A stretch of 64,000 nucleotides of DNA from Akkermansiaceae bacterium. Lineage in GTDB: Bacteria > Verrucomicrobiota > Verrucomicrobiia > Verrucomicrobiales > Akkermansiaceae. Below, piece after piece: positions 53,998-63,950 of this stretch. A program made the translations under genes and the position numbers. Location: the NCBI GenBank assembly GCA_025363295.1, contig JANYEC010000026.1, forward strand, positions 5,849 to 69,848, read 5' to 3'. Below the pieces are notes generated by a model that did no database searches, was not told the DNA's origin, and worked only from the letters and a program-made list of their open reading frames with translations. How positions within the stretch are numbered: position 1 is the stretch's first letter; the number at the start of each line of letters is the position of its first letter.

Positions 53998-54636
53998 TCA
54001 CGAGTCATGGGAAAAACTGTCGAATTTCCCGTTGGCGGCGGTCGATTGTCCGGACGATTTGCTCTGGATCGAGCCACGAATCACGAAGACGTCCGCGCCC
54101 GTTCCAATGCGCTTGTAGAGGTCGGCTACGTCTTTGCTGCCCATGCGAATGCAGCCGAAGGAGGCTGGGGAGCCAAGGCGGCGTTCTTCTGGGGTGCCGT
54201 GAATGTAAATGGTGCGGCGGAAAGCATTCTGATTGCGGGACTCTGTGCCGGTCAGCCAGAGGATGCGGGTGACGACTGGGTCGCGGCCAGGAGCATTTGG
54301 CGGGATGACTTCCCCAGTGGGACGGCGGTTCTTGAAGACGCTGCCGATTGGAGCGTCGCCACCAATTTTTTTGGCCACTTGCATTCTTCCAAGTGGGGTG
54401 CAGTTGCTATCAGGCCGGTCGCCCACGCCAAATTTAGAAGTCGATATTTTGTAAGCTTTGACCGGCGTGCCGTCACGGACAAGCAACATTTTCTGATCGC
54501 TCACGCTGACGATCATTTTATTCCGGTAGTCTTTTCCGAAGGTCAGGGAATCTGACCCGCAGCTGCTCAGTCCAAGGGCAGCGAGATGCCCGAGCGATGT
54601 GATGAGAAGTAAGCGCGGGAATAAGTTTCCTTTCAT
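53998..54636 (-). CDS. L,D-transpeptidase (YkuD) lipoprotein
   Basis: LSS-C lipobox, TPLGRM, IYIHGT...ASFGCIRM. Confidence 0.88.
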   Translation of the reverse strand: MKGNLFPRLLLITSLGHLAALGLSSCGSDSLTFGKDYRNKMIVSVSDQKMLLVRDGTPVKAYKISTSKFGVGDRPDSNCTPLGRMQVAKKIGGDAPIGSVFKNRRPTGEVIPPNAPGRDPVVTRILWLTGTESRNQNAFRRTIYIHGTPEERRLGSPASFGCIRMGSKDVADLYKRIGTGADVFVIRGSIQSKSSGQSTAANGKFDSFSHDS

Positions 54637-54647
54637 GGGTGGATGGA

Positions 54648-56156
54648 TCAGGGTGCTTTGCGATTCACGATCTTGACACTTGAATCCGATGTTCCAGAAG
54701 GAAGCAAGCGAATCAAAGAAGATAAGGATGTATAAAAGAATCCGACTGGGAATGGAAGCAAAAGAATTGCGGAAGACCAACGAGCTCCGGCGGCGGCCTC
54801 GACGACGATGAAGAGGAAGAAGAAACCGAAAAGCAATTCCACAAATGGCGTCAGGGATTTCATGGCTTTATAACTGCTCTTTTTCCAGTCGCTGCGGTTG
54901 GCTTGGCCGATGCCGTATTTCGGCGTGCGGATGAAGGCGGTTTGGTGATTCAAGAGCGCTTCAATCACTGCTTTGGCATTACTGATCGACATCCCGATAC
55001 CAAGCGCAAGAAGCAGTGGTAGGTAGGGGATTTCCTTCCACCATGAGCCTGGACGGAGGGCCTTTTGGGCGACCATATAGAAAACGATCACGGAAACCGA
55101 AGAGAAGAAAAAGATCGGAACGTTGACGATGTAGTAGGAAAACTTCCCGAAGTCCGGCTGCCACTGTTGATTCGGATAGATCAGGAAGCAAAGGACGATT
55201 AGAAGCAGGTAGGCAAAGTTAGAGGTAAGGTGAGCGGTGGCCTCCATCTTGATGAAAAGCGGCACATCACTACGCCAAATGGCGGGGAGAACTTTCTTAC
55301 AAACTTGGATCGACCCCTTCGTCCATCGGTGTTGTTGGCTCTTGAAGCCGTCCATGTCAACGGGGAGCTCGGCGGGAGTTTCCACATCGTTAAGGAAAAT
55401 AAAGCGCCAGCCCTTGAGCTGGGCGCGGTAGCTGAGGTCCATGTCCTCGGTAAGTGTGTCGTGCTCCCAACCACCGGCGTCGGCGATACAGGATTTCCGC
55501 CAGATTCCGCCGGTGCCGTTGAAGGTAAAGAAGCGACCGGAGCGGTTGCGGGCGGTTTGCTCGAGTTCGAGGTGGCCGTCGAGGAACATGGCTTGGATGC
55601 GGGTCAGCACGTTGTAGGTGCGGTTGAGATGGCCCCAACGCGTCTGGATCATGCCGATATTGTCATCGGAAAAGTAGTGGATCGTTTTCTCAAGAAGATC
55701 GGGATTTGGGACGAAATCCGCGTCGAGAATCAGCAGATAGTCGCCTTTTGCGAAGCGAGTGCCGTTTTCCAAAGCGCCTGCTTTGTAGCCGGTGCGATCC
55801 GTGCGGTGGATGTGCTCGGCATCGAAACCGCAGGCTTTTAAGCGCTCGATCCCTGCGCGGCAGATATCCACCGTTTCATCGGTGGAGTCGTCCAATAGCT
55901 GGATCTGCATTTTGTCCTGGGGGTAGTCTATCGCGGACACGGCGTCCAGCAGGCGGTCCACCACGTGCATTTCGTTGAACACCGGTAGCTGAATGGTCAC
56001 CAGCGGCAGATCTTTGAAAAGTTCCTTTGGTTTGGGATGCTCGCGGACATGTTTGAGGTAAAGAAACACGATCGTTAAACGATGCGAGCCATACCCGGCC
56101 AAACCGATGAGCACTAAAATGTAGGATGCATACCAAATAGGGGAAGACCAGTCCAT
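54648..56156 (-). CDS. processive glycosyltransferase family 2 (CesA-like)
   Basis: QLPVFNE, DDSTD, YKAGAL, DADF, TLTEDMDLS, QQHRWTKG (QxxRW); flanking TMs. Confidence 0.92.
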   Translation of the reverse strand: MDWSSPIWYASYILVLIGLAGYGSHRLTIVFLYLKHVREHPKPKELFKDLPLVTIQLPVFNEMHVVDRLLDAVSAIDYPQDKMQIQLLDDSTDETVDICRAGIERLKACGFDAEHIHRTDRTGYKAGALENGTRFAKGDYLLILDADFVPNPDLLEKTIHYFSDDNIGMIQTRWGHLNRTYNVLTRIQAMFLDGHLELEQTARNRSGRFFTFNGTGGIWRKSCIADAGGWEHDTLTEDMDLSYRAQLKGWRFIFLNDVETPAELPVDMDGFKSQQHRWTKGSIQVCKKVLPAIWRSDVPLFIKMEATAHLTSNFAYLLLIVLCFLIYPNQQWQPDFGKFSYYIVNVPIFFFSSVSVIVFYMVAQKALRPGSWWKEIPYLPLLLALGIGMSISNAKAVIEALLNHQTAFIRTPKYGIGQANRSDWKKSSYKAMKSLTPFVELLFGFFFLFIVVEAAAGARWSSAILLLPFPVGFFYTSLSSLIRLLPSGTSDSSVKIVNRKAP

Positions 56157-56350
56157 AAGAAATGAGGGAGTCGGATTAAGCGGATGTTCAGAGCACTCAG
56201 AAGTAAGAACAATGCACCCGCTGGACTAGCAAACGATTCAGTATCAAGCGCCAGACGCCGGAGGCTGGCAGGAATCGGACCCCACGTCAAGCCTCAAGTC
56301 CGGCAAGGGAATTTTCAAAATCGCGTTTCGACCTTCGATTGGGTCGCCAA

Positions 56351-57022
56351 TCAACCTCGACGCCGCTCAAGAAGGATCAGCATCATGAACGAGAGGAACA
56401 GGTTCAATTCTTCGCGAGGGGCCAGATTTCCTAGTTTGTTGATTTGAAAACGGCCCTCCCAAAACGCAGGTTGCTTGGTGATGCGCATCGCTGGGCTGCC
56501 ATCCGACCGACTGGCGAGATAGCTCGGGTGGAACAAATAGCCCGTGAATATGCCCACGATTGGAATTTCCCCAAAAAACGAGTCCAGAACCTTAGTCCAA
56601 GGGTTTTCCTCATGAATCGAAAAATCAGGTGTGTCGTCGCCCGGATTGAAGGTTTCGTAATGTGCTTTCCAGATGGAGCGCCACCCTCTCCGGCCGACGC
56701 TGCCAATCTCTCCACCGTGCGCATCGGTGGAAAAATAACGCGCAGACCAGTCGATTACCTTGTTCGCTTTAATGTCGGCGAGCCGAGTGGCTTGGGATTC
56801 ATTAGTCCAAATTTCCACATGCTCGCGGAATTTGAACATCTTTTGTTTGGTGTAAAGCACCGTGCGCCCCGTGGCGTCGGTAACCGTCGCTTGCTTTGCC
56901 AACGCGAAAATTTTGAAGGAGAGCGTCAGCGGATACTGGATGCCTTGAAGCTGCCGGGAAATGTCATCTATCGCCTGAAGGCCGGGAATCGCAGGCGGGG
57001 CGTAAGGATTCGGGGTGTCCAC
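56351..57022 (-). CDS. hypothetical protein, LURP-one/scramblase-like
   Basis: N-terminal NPYAPP; YTKQKMFKFREHVEIW...IKANKVIDWSARY pattern. Confidence 0.65.
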   Translation of the reverse strand: MDTPNPYAPPAIPGLQAIDDISRQLQGIQYPLTLSFKIFALAKQATVTDATGRTVLYTKQKMFKFREHVEIWTNESQATRLADIKANKVIDWSARYFSTDAHGGEIGSVGRRGWRSIWKAHYETFNPGDDTPDFSIHEENPWTKVLDSFFGEIPIVGIFTGYLFHPSYLASRSDGSPAMRITKQPAFWEGRFQINKLGNLAPREELNLFLSFMMLILLERRRG

Positions 57023-57065
57023 CGACGGATGCTATGCAGGCTAACGGAGGATGGCAAGCGTCCGC

Positions 57066-57500
57066 TCATTTCAACGAGTCTAACCGTCCCGCCGCATAAG
57101 CTTGAAAAACCTTGGCAATCTCATCGCGCACGCGCCGGAACACTTCTAACTGCTCTTCTTCGGTGCCGGTGGCGTGTGCGGGATCATCGAAACCCCAGTG
57201 GTGGCGATTCATCTGACCGGGGAAAATCGGGCAAACCTGATCGGCATTTCCGCAGACGGTAATGACGGTTTCAATCTCGTCCGTGAGGAATTCATCGAGG
57301 TGTTTCGAATGATGGCTGCTGATGTCGATACCGATTTCCTCCATCGTCTGGATGGCGAATGGATGGACATAACCGGCGGGTTTTGAGCCAGCGCTTGCGA
57401 CGCGGAAATTCTCGTTGAGCGCGGCGCGGAGGATGCCCTCGGCGAGATGGGAGCGGCAACTGTTACCGGTGCAAAGTATGAGGATGGCGGGAGGTTTCAT
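57066..57500 (-). CDS. arsC: arsenate reductase, LMW-PTP/thioredoxin-coupled type
   Basis: [35 protein letters not shown]. Confidence 0.93.
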   Translation of the reverse strand: MKPPAILILCTGNSCRSHLAEGILRAALNENFRVASAGSKPAGYVHPFAIQTMEEIGIDISSHHSKHLDEFLTDEIETVITVCGNADQVCPIFPGQMNRHHWGFDDPAHATGTEEEQLEVFRRVRDEIAKVFQAYAAGRLDSLK

Positions 57501-57509
57501 GGAATCATG

Positions 57510-58157
57510 TTAGTTTGATTTTCCTCGAACCGCCATGCAGAGCGGCACAGCAATGCATGCGCCGAGAAGGGTGGCGACTGGATAGAGCCAGATGTGTTGG
57601 AAATTTCCGCTCACGATGGCGGGCGCGAGAGAGCGGGCGGGATTCATGGAAGCACCGCAAATCGGACCCGCAAACATGGCCTCCAGAGCAACGACGGCAC
57701 CAATGGCGATGCCTGCGGTGATGCCTTTTTCCTGTGCTCCGCTAGAGACACTGAGAATGACAAACATCAGAATGGCGGTGAGTACGATTTCCAATATGAA
57801 ACTCTGTGAGACACTCCCGCTTGGGAGCGTGGCTCCTAGCGTACCATCTAGCGGAAAAAGCAGTTTTAGCAGTCCGCTCGCGGCAAATGCTCCGCCGAGT
57901 TGGGCTGAGACGTAACTGAGGACGTCGCCTGATGGAAACCTCCCGGCGACACTAAAGCCGAGTGTGACAGCAGGATTCAGATGGGCTCCACTCACATCGC
58001 CAAACGTGTAAATCATCGCAAGAACGATAAGTCCGAAGACGATGGCGATGCCCGCATGGCCGATGACGCCGCCGCTCGCGTGATCGACGACGATGGCTCC
58101 GGTCCCTGCAAAGACGAGGGCGAAAGTGCCGAGAAATTCTGCGATGAGGCGTTTCAT
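57510..58157 (-). CDS. aquaporin/MIP family channel (putative arsenite channel)
   Basis: AEFLGTF, SGAHLNPAVT, SMNPARS; lies between arsR and arsC. Confidence 0.92.
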   Translation of the reverse strand: MKRLIAEFLGTFALVFAGTGAIVVDHASGGVIGHAGIAIVFGLIVLAMIYTFGDVSGAHLNPAVTLGFSVAGRFPSGDVLSYVSAQLGGAFAASGLLKLLFPLDGTLGATLPSGSVSQSFILEIVLTAILMFVILSVSSGAQEKGITAGIAIGAVVALEAMFAGPICGASMNPARSLAPAIVSGNFQHIWLYPVATLLGACIAVPLCMAVRGKSN

Positions 58158-58534
58158 GTTTTCGTCAGCTTTCTAACAAATAAATTTTCAGGCCGTGGAC
58201 AGCAGCTATCTTCGCGTTTGGCGAGACGTTGAACGGAACTCGCGAGATCGGCCTCAAAAATCGCGTCATCGGCAGTAATGAAGAATTTGGCGAGGGACTG
58301 AATGAGTTTTCGGTAGTCGCGGTGGATTTGAAAATAAGTCCACTTTCCGCAGGTCTCACTTTCTAATAAGCCTGCCTTGCGGATGATCTGCACATGGCTG
58401 GAAACAGACGATTGGGGCATGTCCAAAATATCCGCCAGTTCGCAGACACATAATGCGTTATTCATCACCAACCTAACGATTCGCCAGCGAGTGGTATCCG
58501 CCAGAACGCGAGAAAAAGTAACGATGTTTTTCAT
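58154..58534 (-). CDS. arsR: ArsR family As(III)-responsive repressor
   Basis: LADTTRWRIV, ALCVCEL, VSSHVQIIRKAGL, C-terminal SCC. Confidence 0.9.
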   Translation of the reverse strand: MKNIVTFSRVLADTTRWRIVRLVMNNALCVCELADILDMPQSSVSSHVQIIRKAGLLESETCGKWTYFQIHRDYRKLIQSLAKFFITADDAIFEADLASSVQRLAKREDSCCPRPENLFVRKLTKT

Positions 58535-58626
58535 GACGAATTCCATCGTGACGATAAAACTCGTTATGACGACTCAAATTTTTTACCGGGAGTTTCGAAT
58601 AGGACGGCTGCACAAATTATTAGGGA

Positions 58627-59013
58627 TTAGAAGGGGATATCGTCGTCGAAGTCTTCCTCATTGCGCAGATCGTCCAAAGCAGGTTCGGCGCTTGTCGGTG
58701 CTTCGCTGCGGCGGGAGCTGCTAGAGCCCTGGTGAGAGGCTCCGGGGCTATCGGAAGACTGAATTTTCCAGCAGGAAAGGCTCACATAATACTTGCCGTT
58801 ATATTCGTTTCCCCGGATGTCAAAAGTGACCTGAACTTCTTGCCCTTCTTTGTAAGAGTCGAGCAGCGAGCATTTGTCCTTCACGATCTCGAATTTGAGA
58901 TCCTGCGGGTATTTATCGTTCGCGGTGGTGACCACAAACTCCCGCTTGGTGAAACCGCTGGGAAAGCTTTGGGCAGCCGAGATCACTTTGATTTTTCCAA
59001 TTACTTCATACAT
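58627..59013 (-). CDS. DUF3127 domain protein (OB-fold, SSB-like acidic tail)
   Basis: SGFTKREFVV...YPQDLKFE...FDIRGNEYNGKYY.SL.CWKI; ends DFDDDIPF. Confidence 0.88.
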   Translation of the reverse strand: MYEVIGKIKVISAAQSFPSGFTKREFVVTTANDKYPQDLKFEIVKDKCSLLDSYKEGQEVQVTFDIRGNEYNGKYYVSLSCWKIQSSDSPGASHQGSSSSRRSEAPTSAEPALDDLRNEEDFDDDIPF

Positions 59014-59085
59014 GCACATCAATGTTTCCTTCCCGGCAGCGATGTCAAACCTCAGATGGAAAATTGAACGGGCGCGAGTGAGTTT

Positions 59086-59469
59086 TCAACGTCTGGCGGC
59101 CGAACTTGCACGAAACGGAATGGACCGGCGGGAATGGCCACAAGGTCTTAAGGTCGCACCTTCGCTCGCTTGGAACGGCTTCTTGGAGTGGGCTGCATTC
59201 GTTTTCACACTGGGAATTGTAAACTGGAAATCCGTATGCGACTCCCCAGTCGAATAACATTCAGGAAGTTCAATAGCATGCCGGATTTCCCCGGCCATGA
59301 TCACGATCCAGACCGCTGAGGCGAGTAGAACACCGCCCGCAATAATCCATCCCGTGGTGACCGCCGTACCTAAAAAGCATACGACACCCAATAAGATGAC
59401 GCCGATCCAAATGAAGCACGAGGCCAGCAAGAGGATGACAAATTTGGATGGTTGAAACGAAGAAATCAA
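59086..59469 (-). CDS. putative small membrane protein
   Basis: Two hydrophobic segments in an ORF filling the gap; no family recognised. Confidence 0.35.
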   Translation of the reverse strand: MISSFQPSKFVILLLASCFIWIGVILLGVVCFLGTAVTTGWIIAGGVLLASAVWIVIMAGEIRHAIELPECYSTGESHTDFQFTIPSVKTNAAHSKKPFQASEGATLRPCGHSRRSIPFRASSAARR

Positions 59470-59579
59470 GATTCGTTAAATATCAATCAACCATCATTTT
59501 CACAAGCGCTAAATTCGTACGCGATCACGTAATCTGATCCACCATCATTTTAGACGACCGGGCACATTGAGGGCGGAAA

Positions 59580-61559
59580 TTAAACCGTCACTTTTGCTGG
59601 AAGCACCTGCGGATGGGATTTTTTCGGTAGGCAGAGGATGGCCTCGGAGACGAAAAAGAACAGAACGGCGATGAGGAAAGCACGCCAGACGTCGCGGGAG
59701 AGCGAAGGGTCGTTGGCTTGGCCTGCTTGGTCGAGGAGCGTGTAGCCGGTGCCGGAGAGAGCGCTGTCGAGTGAGTCGCGTGACAGGATTTCCGGAGCGT
59801 CTTCCAGGGTGGGGCGGTTCACGGCGAGGAGTCGCTCGCCGAGGCGGAAGATGCCGGATTGATAGGCTGTGTTTGCAGCGTCGGGAGAACCGTAATCGTC
59901 TAGGCGGGTTCGTGTTTCACCGGCGAGGAGCTGGGTGGCATCGCTGCCGACGGTGGTGAGGTAAGAGGCATCGAAACGGTCGGCACCGGCGGCGATGATC
60001 CGTTGGATGGTGGGAAGCAGAACATCGGCGTCGCCCAAGTTAGACCACGCATAATCCGGGGTGGTGCCCATAAACCATGCGGTACCGTGATCGACGATGC
60101 GGCGGGTGATGAAAGGTTCCTCATCCTCCCAACGGGCGAGCGGTGTGGCGTCTCCCAGGGGGGTCTGCCGGCGAATCGCGCGCAGACGTTCGGCGGAGAT
60201 TGGGGTGCCATCAATGCCATCACGGAGCGGGCCATCGCTGTGATTCCAATCCTTGAGGATGAAAAATTTTCCGGCGGGCGCTTCCGTGGGATCGGACCAT
60301 TTGAGATCGGCGAAGGAGTTATCAGATGGGATGCCGGGTGGCAGAAAAAGGATGTGGCCACCAGATGTTAGGAAGCGGCTCATCGCTTCGTAAGCAGGAC
60401 CGGTGGGAATCGGCGCAGCCCAGATGATAGAGGCGATGTCTCCGGTTACGAGCGTGCTAACTTGTCCCGGATCGATCCGGCAGACGCTTTGGTTTCCGAA
60501 ACCAGGAGGAGCGGCGGCAAGGGTGAGATAGTCGGCGGCCTCACCGGCGGGGGCGACGACGACCGACTTGATAGGCAGGGCAGGGCCATAAGCGAAAAAG
60601 GCCGCGTTGTCGCTTGGGTTTCCATCGGCAGGGATCGTGAGCCAGCCGTAACCCGTGACACTATCAGGTGCGATGGTAATGCGTTTCTGAAAGCGGAGGG
60701 ACTGTGCGGGGATCGAAAGGCTTTCAGTGGTGCGGGTGCCATTGAGGTGGGTCGTGAGAGGGACGATGGCGGTGCCGCGGGATTCCTCGGCACGCAGGAT
60801 TTCCAGATCGAGCACGACTTCGTCCCCGGTCCGGCGAGCACTCAAGAGGCGGATATTGATGTTAGGAGCAGAAGAGCCAGTGAGTGAAAGCACGCGGATG
60901 GCGGGTTTTTGCGGGAGCGTTGCGAGGCTGGCCCGGGCGGTGGCCCAGCGCTCATCGTCGGGGTGCCAGTTAGACGATTGGAGATCTGACGCGAGCCAGA
61001 TTTCCGAGCGACCGGAAGTTTCCATTAGAAACTCGGCCGCGCGGTTCAGGAGAGTGGGAAAATCTGCGGCGGTATCCGTGGCGGCAGTGGCGGAAAGTTC
61101 GGTAAGAGTCTCGGGTGAGGGGACTTCCTGCGGTTTTTTGCTGGCGCTATCGATCAGCACCAAGCGCGGGGAGCCGAGGTTGGTCATCGCATCGCGGACT
61201 TTTTCAATGACGATCTGGCGGCGAGAATTGAGCCCGTCGCCAGGTTTGGATTCCATCGAAGCGGAGCGGTCTAGCAGCAGGACGACGGTATCGATTGAGC
61301 CACCTCCCCAACCGATGAGACCGGAAACAATCGGGCGGGCAGCAGCGAAAACAAGCGCGGCGATGCCGAGAGCGCGGCAGGCGAGAATAAGGATGTGGCG
61401 GAGCTTTTTCTTACCACGTGACTCACGCGTGGCCTTGAGCAGGAACTGCATCGCCGCCCACTGGATGGTCTTGTGGCGACGGCGGTTTAATAAATGGATG
61501 ATTACCGGGACGCTTGCGGCGGCCAGGAACCAGAGGAGGAGTGGATTTAAGAAGAGCAT
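59580..61559 (-). CDS. BatA-domain / vWA-like membrane protein
   Basis: MLFLNPLLLWFLAAASVPVIIHLLNRRR...WAAMQFL, LLLDRSASM, C-terminal TM. Confidence 0.9.
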   Translation of the reverse strand: MLFLNPLLLWFLAAASVPVIIHLLNRRRHKTIQWAAMQFLLKATRESRGKKKLRHILILACRALGIAALVFAAARPIVSGLIGWGGGSIDTVVLLLDRSASMESKPGDGLNSRRQIVIEKVRDAMTNLGSPRLVLIDSASKKPQEVPSPETLTELSATAATDTAADFPTLLNRAAEFLMETSGRSEIWLASDLQSSNWHPDDERWATARASLATLPQKPAIRVLSLTGSSAPNINIRLLSARRTGDEVVLDLEILRAEESRGTAIVPLTTHLNGTRTTESLSIPAQSLRFQKRITIAPDSVTGYGWLTIPADGNPSDNAAFFAYGPALPIKSVVVAPAGEAADYLTLAAAPPGFGNQSVCRIDPGQVSTLVTGDIASIIWAAPIPTGPAYEAMSRFLTSGGHILFLPPGIPSDNSFADLKWSDPTEAPAGKFFILKDWNHSDGPLRDGIDGTPISAERLRAIRRQTPLGDATPLARWEDEEPFITRRIVDHGTAWFMGTTPDYAWSNLGDADVLLPTIQRIIAAGADRFDASYLTTVGSDATQLLAGETRTRLDDYGSPDAANTAYQSGIFRLGERLLAVNRPTLEDAPEILSRDSLDSALSGTGYTLLDQAGQANDPSLSRDVWRAFLIAVLFFFVSEAILCLPKKSHPQVLPAKVTV

Positions 61560-61601
61560 CGAAACGCGGAGGCGCGGAGGTCGGAGAGAAGGACGCGGAG
61601 G

Positions 61602-62495
61602 TTAATGCTTCGATTTCGGAAGGCGTGCGGTGAGGAACTCGCGCAGCAGCGGCTCCAGCGGGGTGTCGGTGGGGATGAGCTGATAGTCCGCAGAGGCGTC
61701 GTGGCATTTGGCGCGGACGGAGGTGAGGAAATCGCGGAGGGCGGTTTTGTATTCGTCCGCAATCAAGTTCGGCTCGGCAACGATGGAAGTGCCGTCTTCC
61801 AGATCCACGAAGCGGTGCGGGCGATCAAACTCGAAGCCGATTTCTAGCGGGTCCATCAGGTGAAAAACGGAGATGTCGTGTTTGCGATAGCGCAGGTGCT
61901 GGAGAGCATCACCGAGTGCAGCGGTGTCAGTGAAGAGATCGGATAGAATGACGACGAAGGCACGCTGGCTGATTTTTTCGGCGATTGTGTGGAGGGCTGT
62001 TAGCAGGCCGGTTTCGCCGGATGGCTGGATTTTTCCGAGGGTGGAAAAGAAGCGCTCTAGGTGCGCGGCGCGGCGGCTGGGCGGGACTTCAAGGTGGAGC
62101 TTGTCGGTGCAAATCGAGAGCCCGGCGGCATCGCCTTGATTGACTAACAGATAGGCGAGCGATGCGGCGATGCGGCGGGCCACTTGGATTTTCGCCTCGC
62201 CCTTCCCTGTGAAATTCATGGAGCCAGATGCATCCACCACAAAATAGGCGCGCAAGTTCGTGTCCGCTTCGAATTCCTTGATGTAAAATCGATCCGAGCG
62301 AGCGAACGCCTTCCAGTCTAAACGCCGCGTGTCATCTCCCGGCACGTATTTCCGATATTCCGCAAACTCCACCGACGACCCACGGTGAGGCGAGCGGTGT
62401 TTCCCCGCTACGTTGCCCATCATCGGCACACGCGATTCGATCGGCAGCAAGCCGAGGCGCGAGAGCAAATTCTGATCAATGAAAGTGTGGCTCAT
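61602..62495 (-). CDS. DUF58 domain protein
   Basis: GKHRSPHRGSSVEFAEYRKYVPGDD.RRLDWK, VVDASGSM, ILSDLF. Confidence 0.95.
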   Translation of the reverse strand: MSHTFIDQNLLSRLGLLPIESRVPMMGNVAGKHRSPHRGSSVEFAEYRKYVPGDDTRRLDWKAFARSDRFYIKEFEADTNLRAYFVVDASGSMNFTGKGEAKIQVARRIAASLAYLLVNQGDAAGLSICTDKLHLEVPPSRRAAHLERFFSTLGKIQPSGETGLLTALHTIAEKISQRAFVVILSDLFTDTAALGDALQHLRYRKHDISVFHLMDPLEIGFEFDRPHRFVDLEDGTSIVAEPNLIADEYKTALRDFLTSVRAKCHDASADYQLIPTDTPLEPLLREFLTARLPKSKH

Positions 62496-62505
62496 AGCAA
62501 ACAGG

Positions 62506-62697
62506 CTATCCAGCTAAGTGGGTAACGAAGTAGGCCCAATATCCTAAGGAAAGATTTACCGTGATGACTCCTCCGATCACCCATGACTTCTTTTTTGTCA
62601 CAGCGCCGGAAATCAGAAACGACAAACCAGCGGGCAAGCCGAAGGCTGCCCCATAAAATAGGGTTTGCGCAATTGTCTCTTGGGTCGGGGTATTCAA
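62506..62697 (-). CDS. small 2-TM hypothetical protein inside the moxR operon
   Basis: 63-aa ORF exactly filling the gap between the moxR stop and the DUF58 start. Confidence 0.5.
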   Translation of the reverse strand: MNTPTQETIAQTLFYGAAFGLPAGLSFLISGAVTKKKSWVIGGVITVNLSLGYWAYFVTHLAG

Positions 62698-62698
62698 A

Positions 62699-63721
62699 TC
62701 AACCCTCCCTCATTTCCTCGATCAGCCGGGCCACAATTTTCTTCGAAGTCATTCCCTGCGACTCGGCAGAAAAATTCGTGATGACCCGGTGGGTGAGCAC
62801 GGAGGAAGCGACGGCTTCGAGGTCTTCTAACGAGGCCATATAAGATCCACGCAGGGCAGCGCGGGATTTTGCGCCTAAGATCAAATACTGCACAGCACGT
62901 GGTCCTGCGCCCCAGCCGACGGTGTCTTTGATCCACTGCGGAGATTCAGGTTCGTGCGGGCGGGTTTTGCGGACAATTTTCACCGCGTAATCATAGAGGT
63001 GTTCAGGAACCGGAACTCGGCGGACGAGTTGCTGATAGGCGATGACTTTATCCCCATCGAGCAAATGACTCAGCACGTTGCGCGCGGTGCCAGTGGTCGC
63101 GCGGGCGATTTCCTTCTCCTCGGCGGCAGACGGGTAGTCCACCTCAATGAGAAACATGAAACGGTCGAGTTGGGCTTCCGGCAGCGGATAGGTGCCTTCC
63201 TGCTCGATTGGGTTTTGCGTCGCGAGCACAAAAAAGGGTGGTTGTAGCGTGTAGGTATTACCCAGCACAGTGACTTTATTTTCCTGCATCGCCTCCAGCA
63301 TCGCGGACTGCGTTTTCGCCGGTGCGCGGTTGATTTCGTCAGCCAGCACGATGTTTGCGAAGACCGGACCTTTGATAAATTCAAACTCGCGCCGCCCCCC
63401 CACGCCAGATTCCTGGATGATGTCGGTGCCTGTAATATCCGCCGGCATCAGGTCGGGCGTGAACTGGATGCGGTTGAACGAGAGATCGAATGTCTGCGCC
63501 ACGGATGAAACCAGCAACGTTTTGGCAAGGCCCGGCACGCCCATCAAAAGAGCATGGCCACGGGCGAAAAGGCAGATTGCCAGTTGTTCAATCACCTTAT
63601 CCTGGCCGACGATGGCCTTGGCGAGTTCCGCGCGGAACGCTTGGAAGGTTTTACCGAGCTCGTCGATCGCGGCGACGTCATCGGGAGGAAGCTGATTGGC
63701 GAAGTCTGGGGTGGATTCCAT
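62699..63721 (-). CDS. moxR: MoxR family AAA+ ATPase
   Basis: GVPGLAKT, RIQFTPDLMPADITG, DEINRAPAKTQSAMLEAM, ATQNPIEQEGTYPLPEAQLDRF. Confidence 0.96.
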   Translation of the reverse strand: MESTPDFANQLPPDDVAAIDELGKTFQAFRAELAKAIVGQDKVIEQLAICLFARGHALLMGVPGLAKTLLVSSVAQTFDLSFNRIQFTPDLMPADITGTDIIQESGVGGRREFEFIKGPVFANIVLADEINRAPAKTQSAMLEAMQENKVTVLGNTYTLQPPFFVLATQNPIEQEGTYPLPEAQLDRFMFLIEVDYPSAAEEKEIARATTGTARNVLSHLLDGDKVIAYQQLVRRVPVPEHLYDYAVKIVRKTRPHEPESPQWIKDTVGWGAGPRAVQYLILGAKSRAALRGSYMASLEDLEAVASSVLTHRVITNFSAESQGMTSKKIVARLIEEMREG

Positions 63722-63888
63722 GGGTGATTAGTGAGTCGAAAAGAAACTAAGAGGCGTCACTGGTTTGTCCAGAAGGGAAGTCGGGTAAGGCTGAGTCGAT
63801 CCAGCATCTTGAAAAATAGAGGAATCCCGGCACTTTAGCGACCGTCGGCTGAATTTCAAAAAACCCGCGGAAAATTTCCATTTACGGC

Positions 63889-63950
63889 TTGCCAGCCCCC
63901 GGCGGTCTGCTAAACCACCCGCCCCGCGGAGTCTCCAGATCAGTCTGGAG
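63889..63950 (+). promoter_or_regulatory. putative promoter and leader hairpin for a gene starting at ATG 63993 (runs off the window)
   Basis: TTGCCA-16bp-TAAACC, then hairpin CTCCAGA-TCAG-TCTGGAG; only ATGGCACG of the next ORF is visible. Confidence 0.3.

Noticed and set aside
53974-54555. 193-aa + strand ORF and other long antisense ORFs in the track (e.g. 56444-57262, 60727-61605, 35567-36172)
   Set aside because: They overlap well-supported genes on the opposite strand and have no motifs; typical shadow ORFs of GC-rich DNA.
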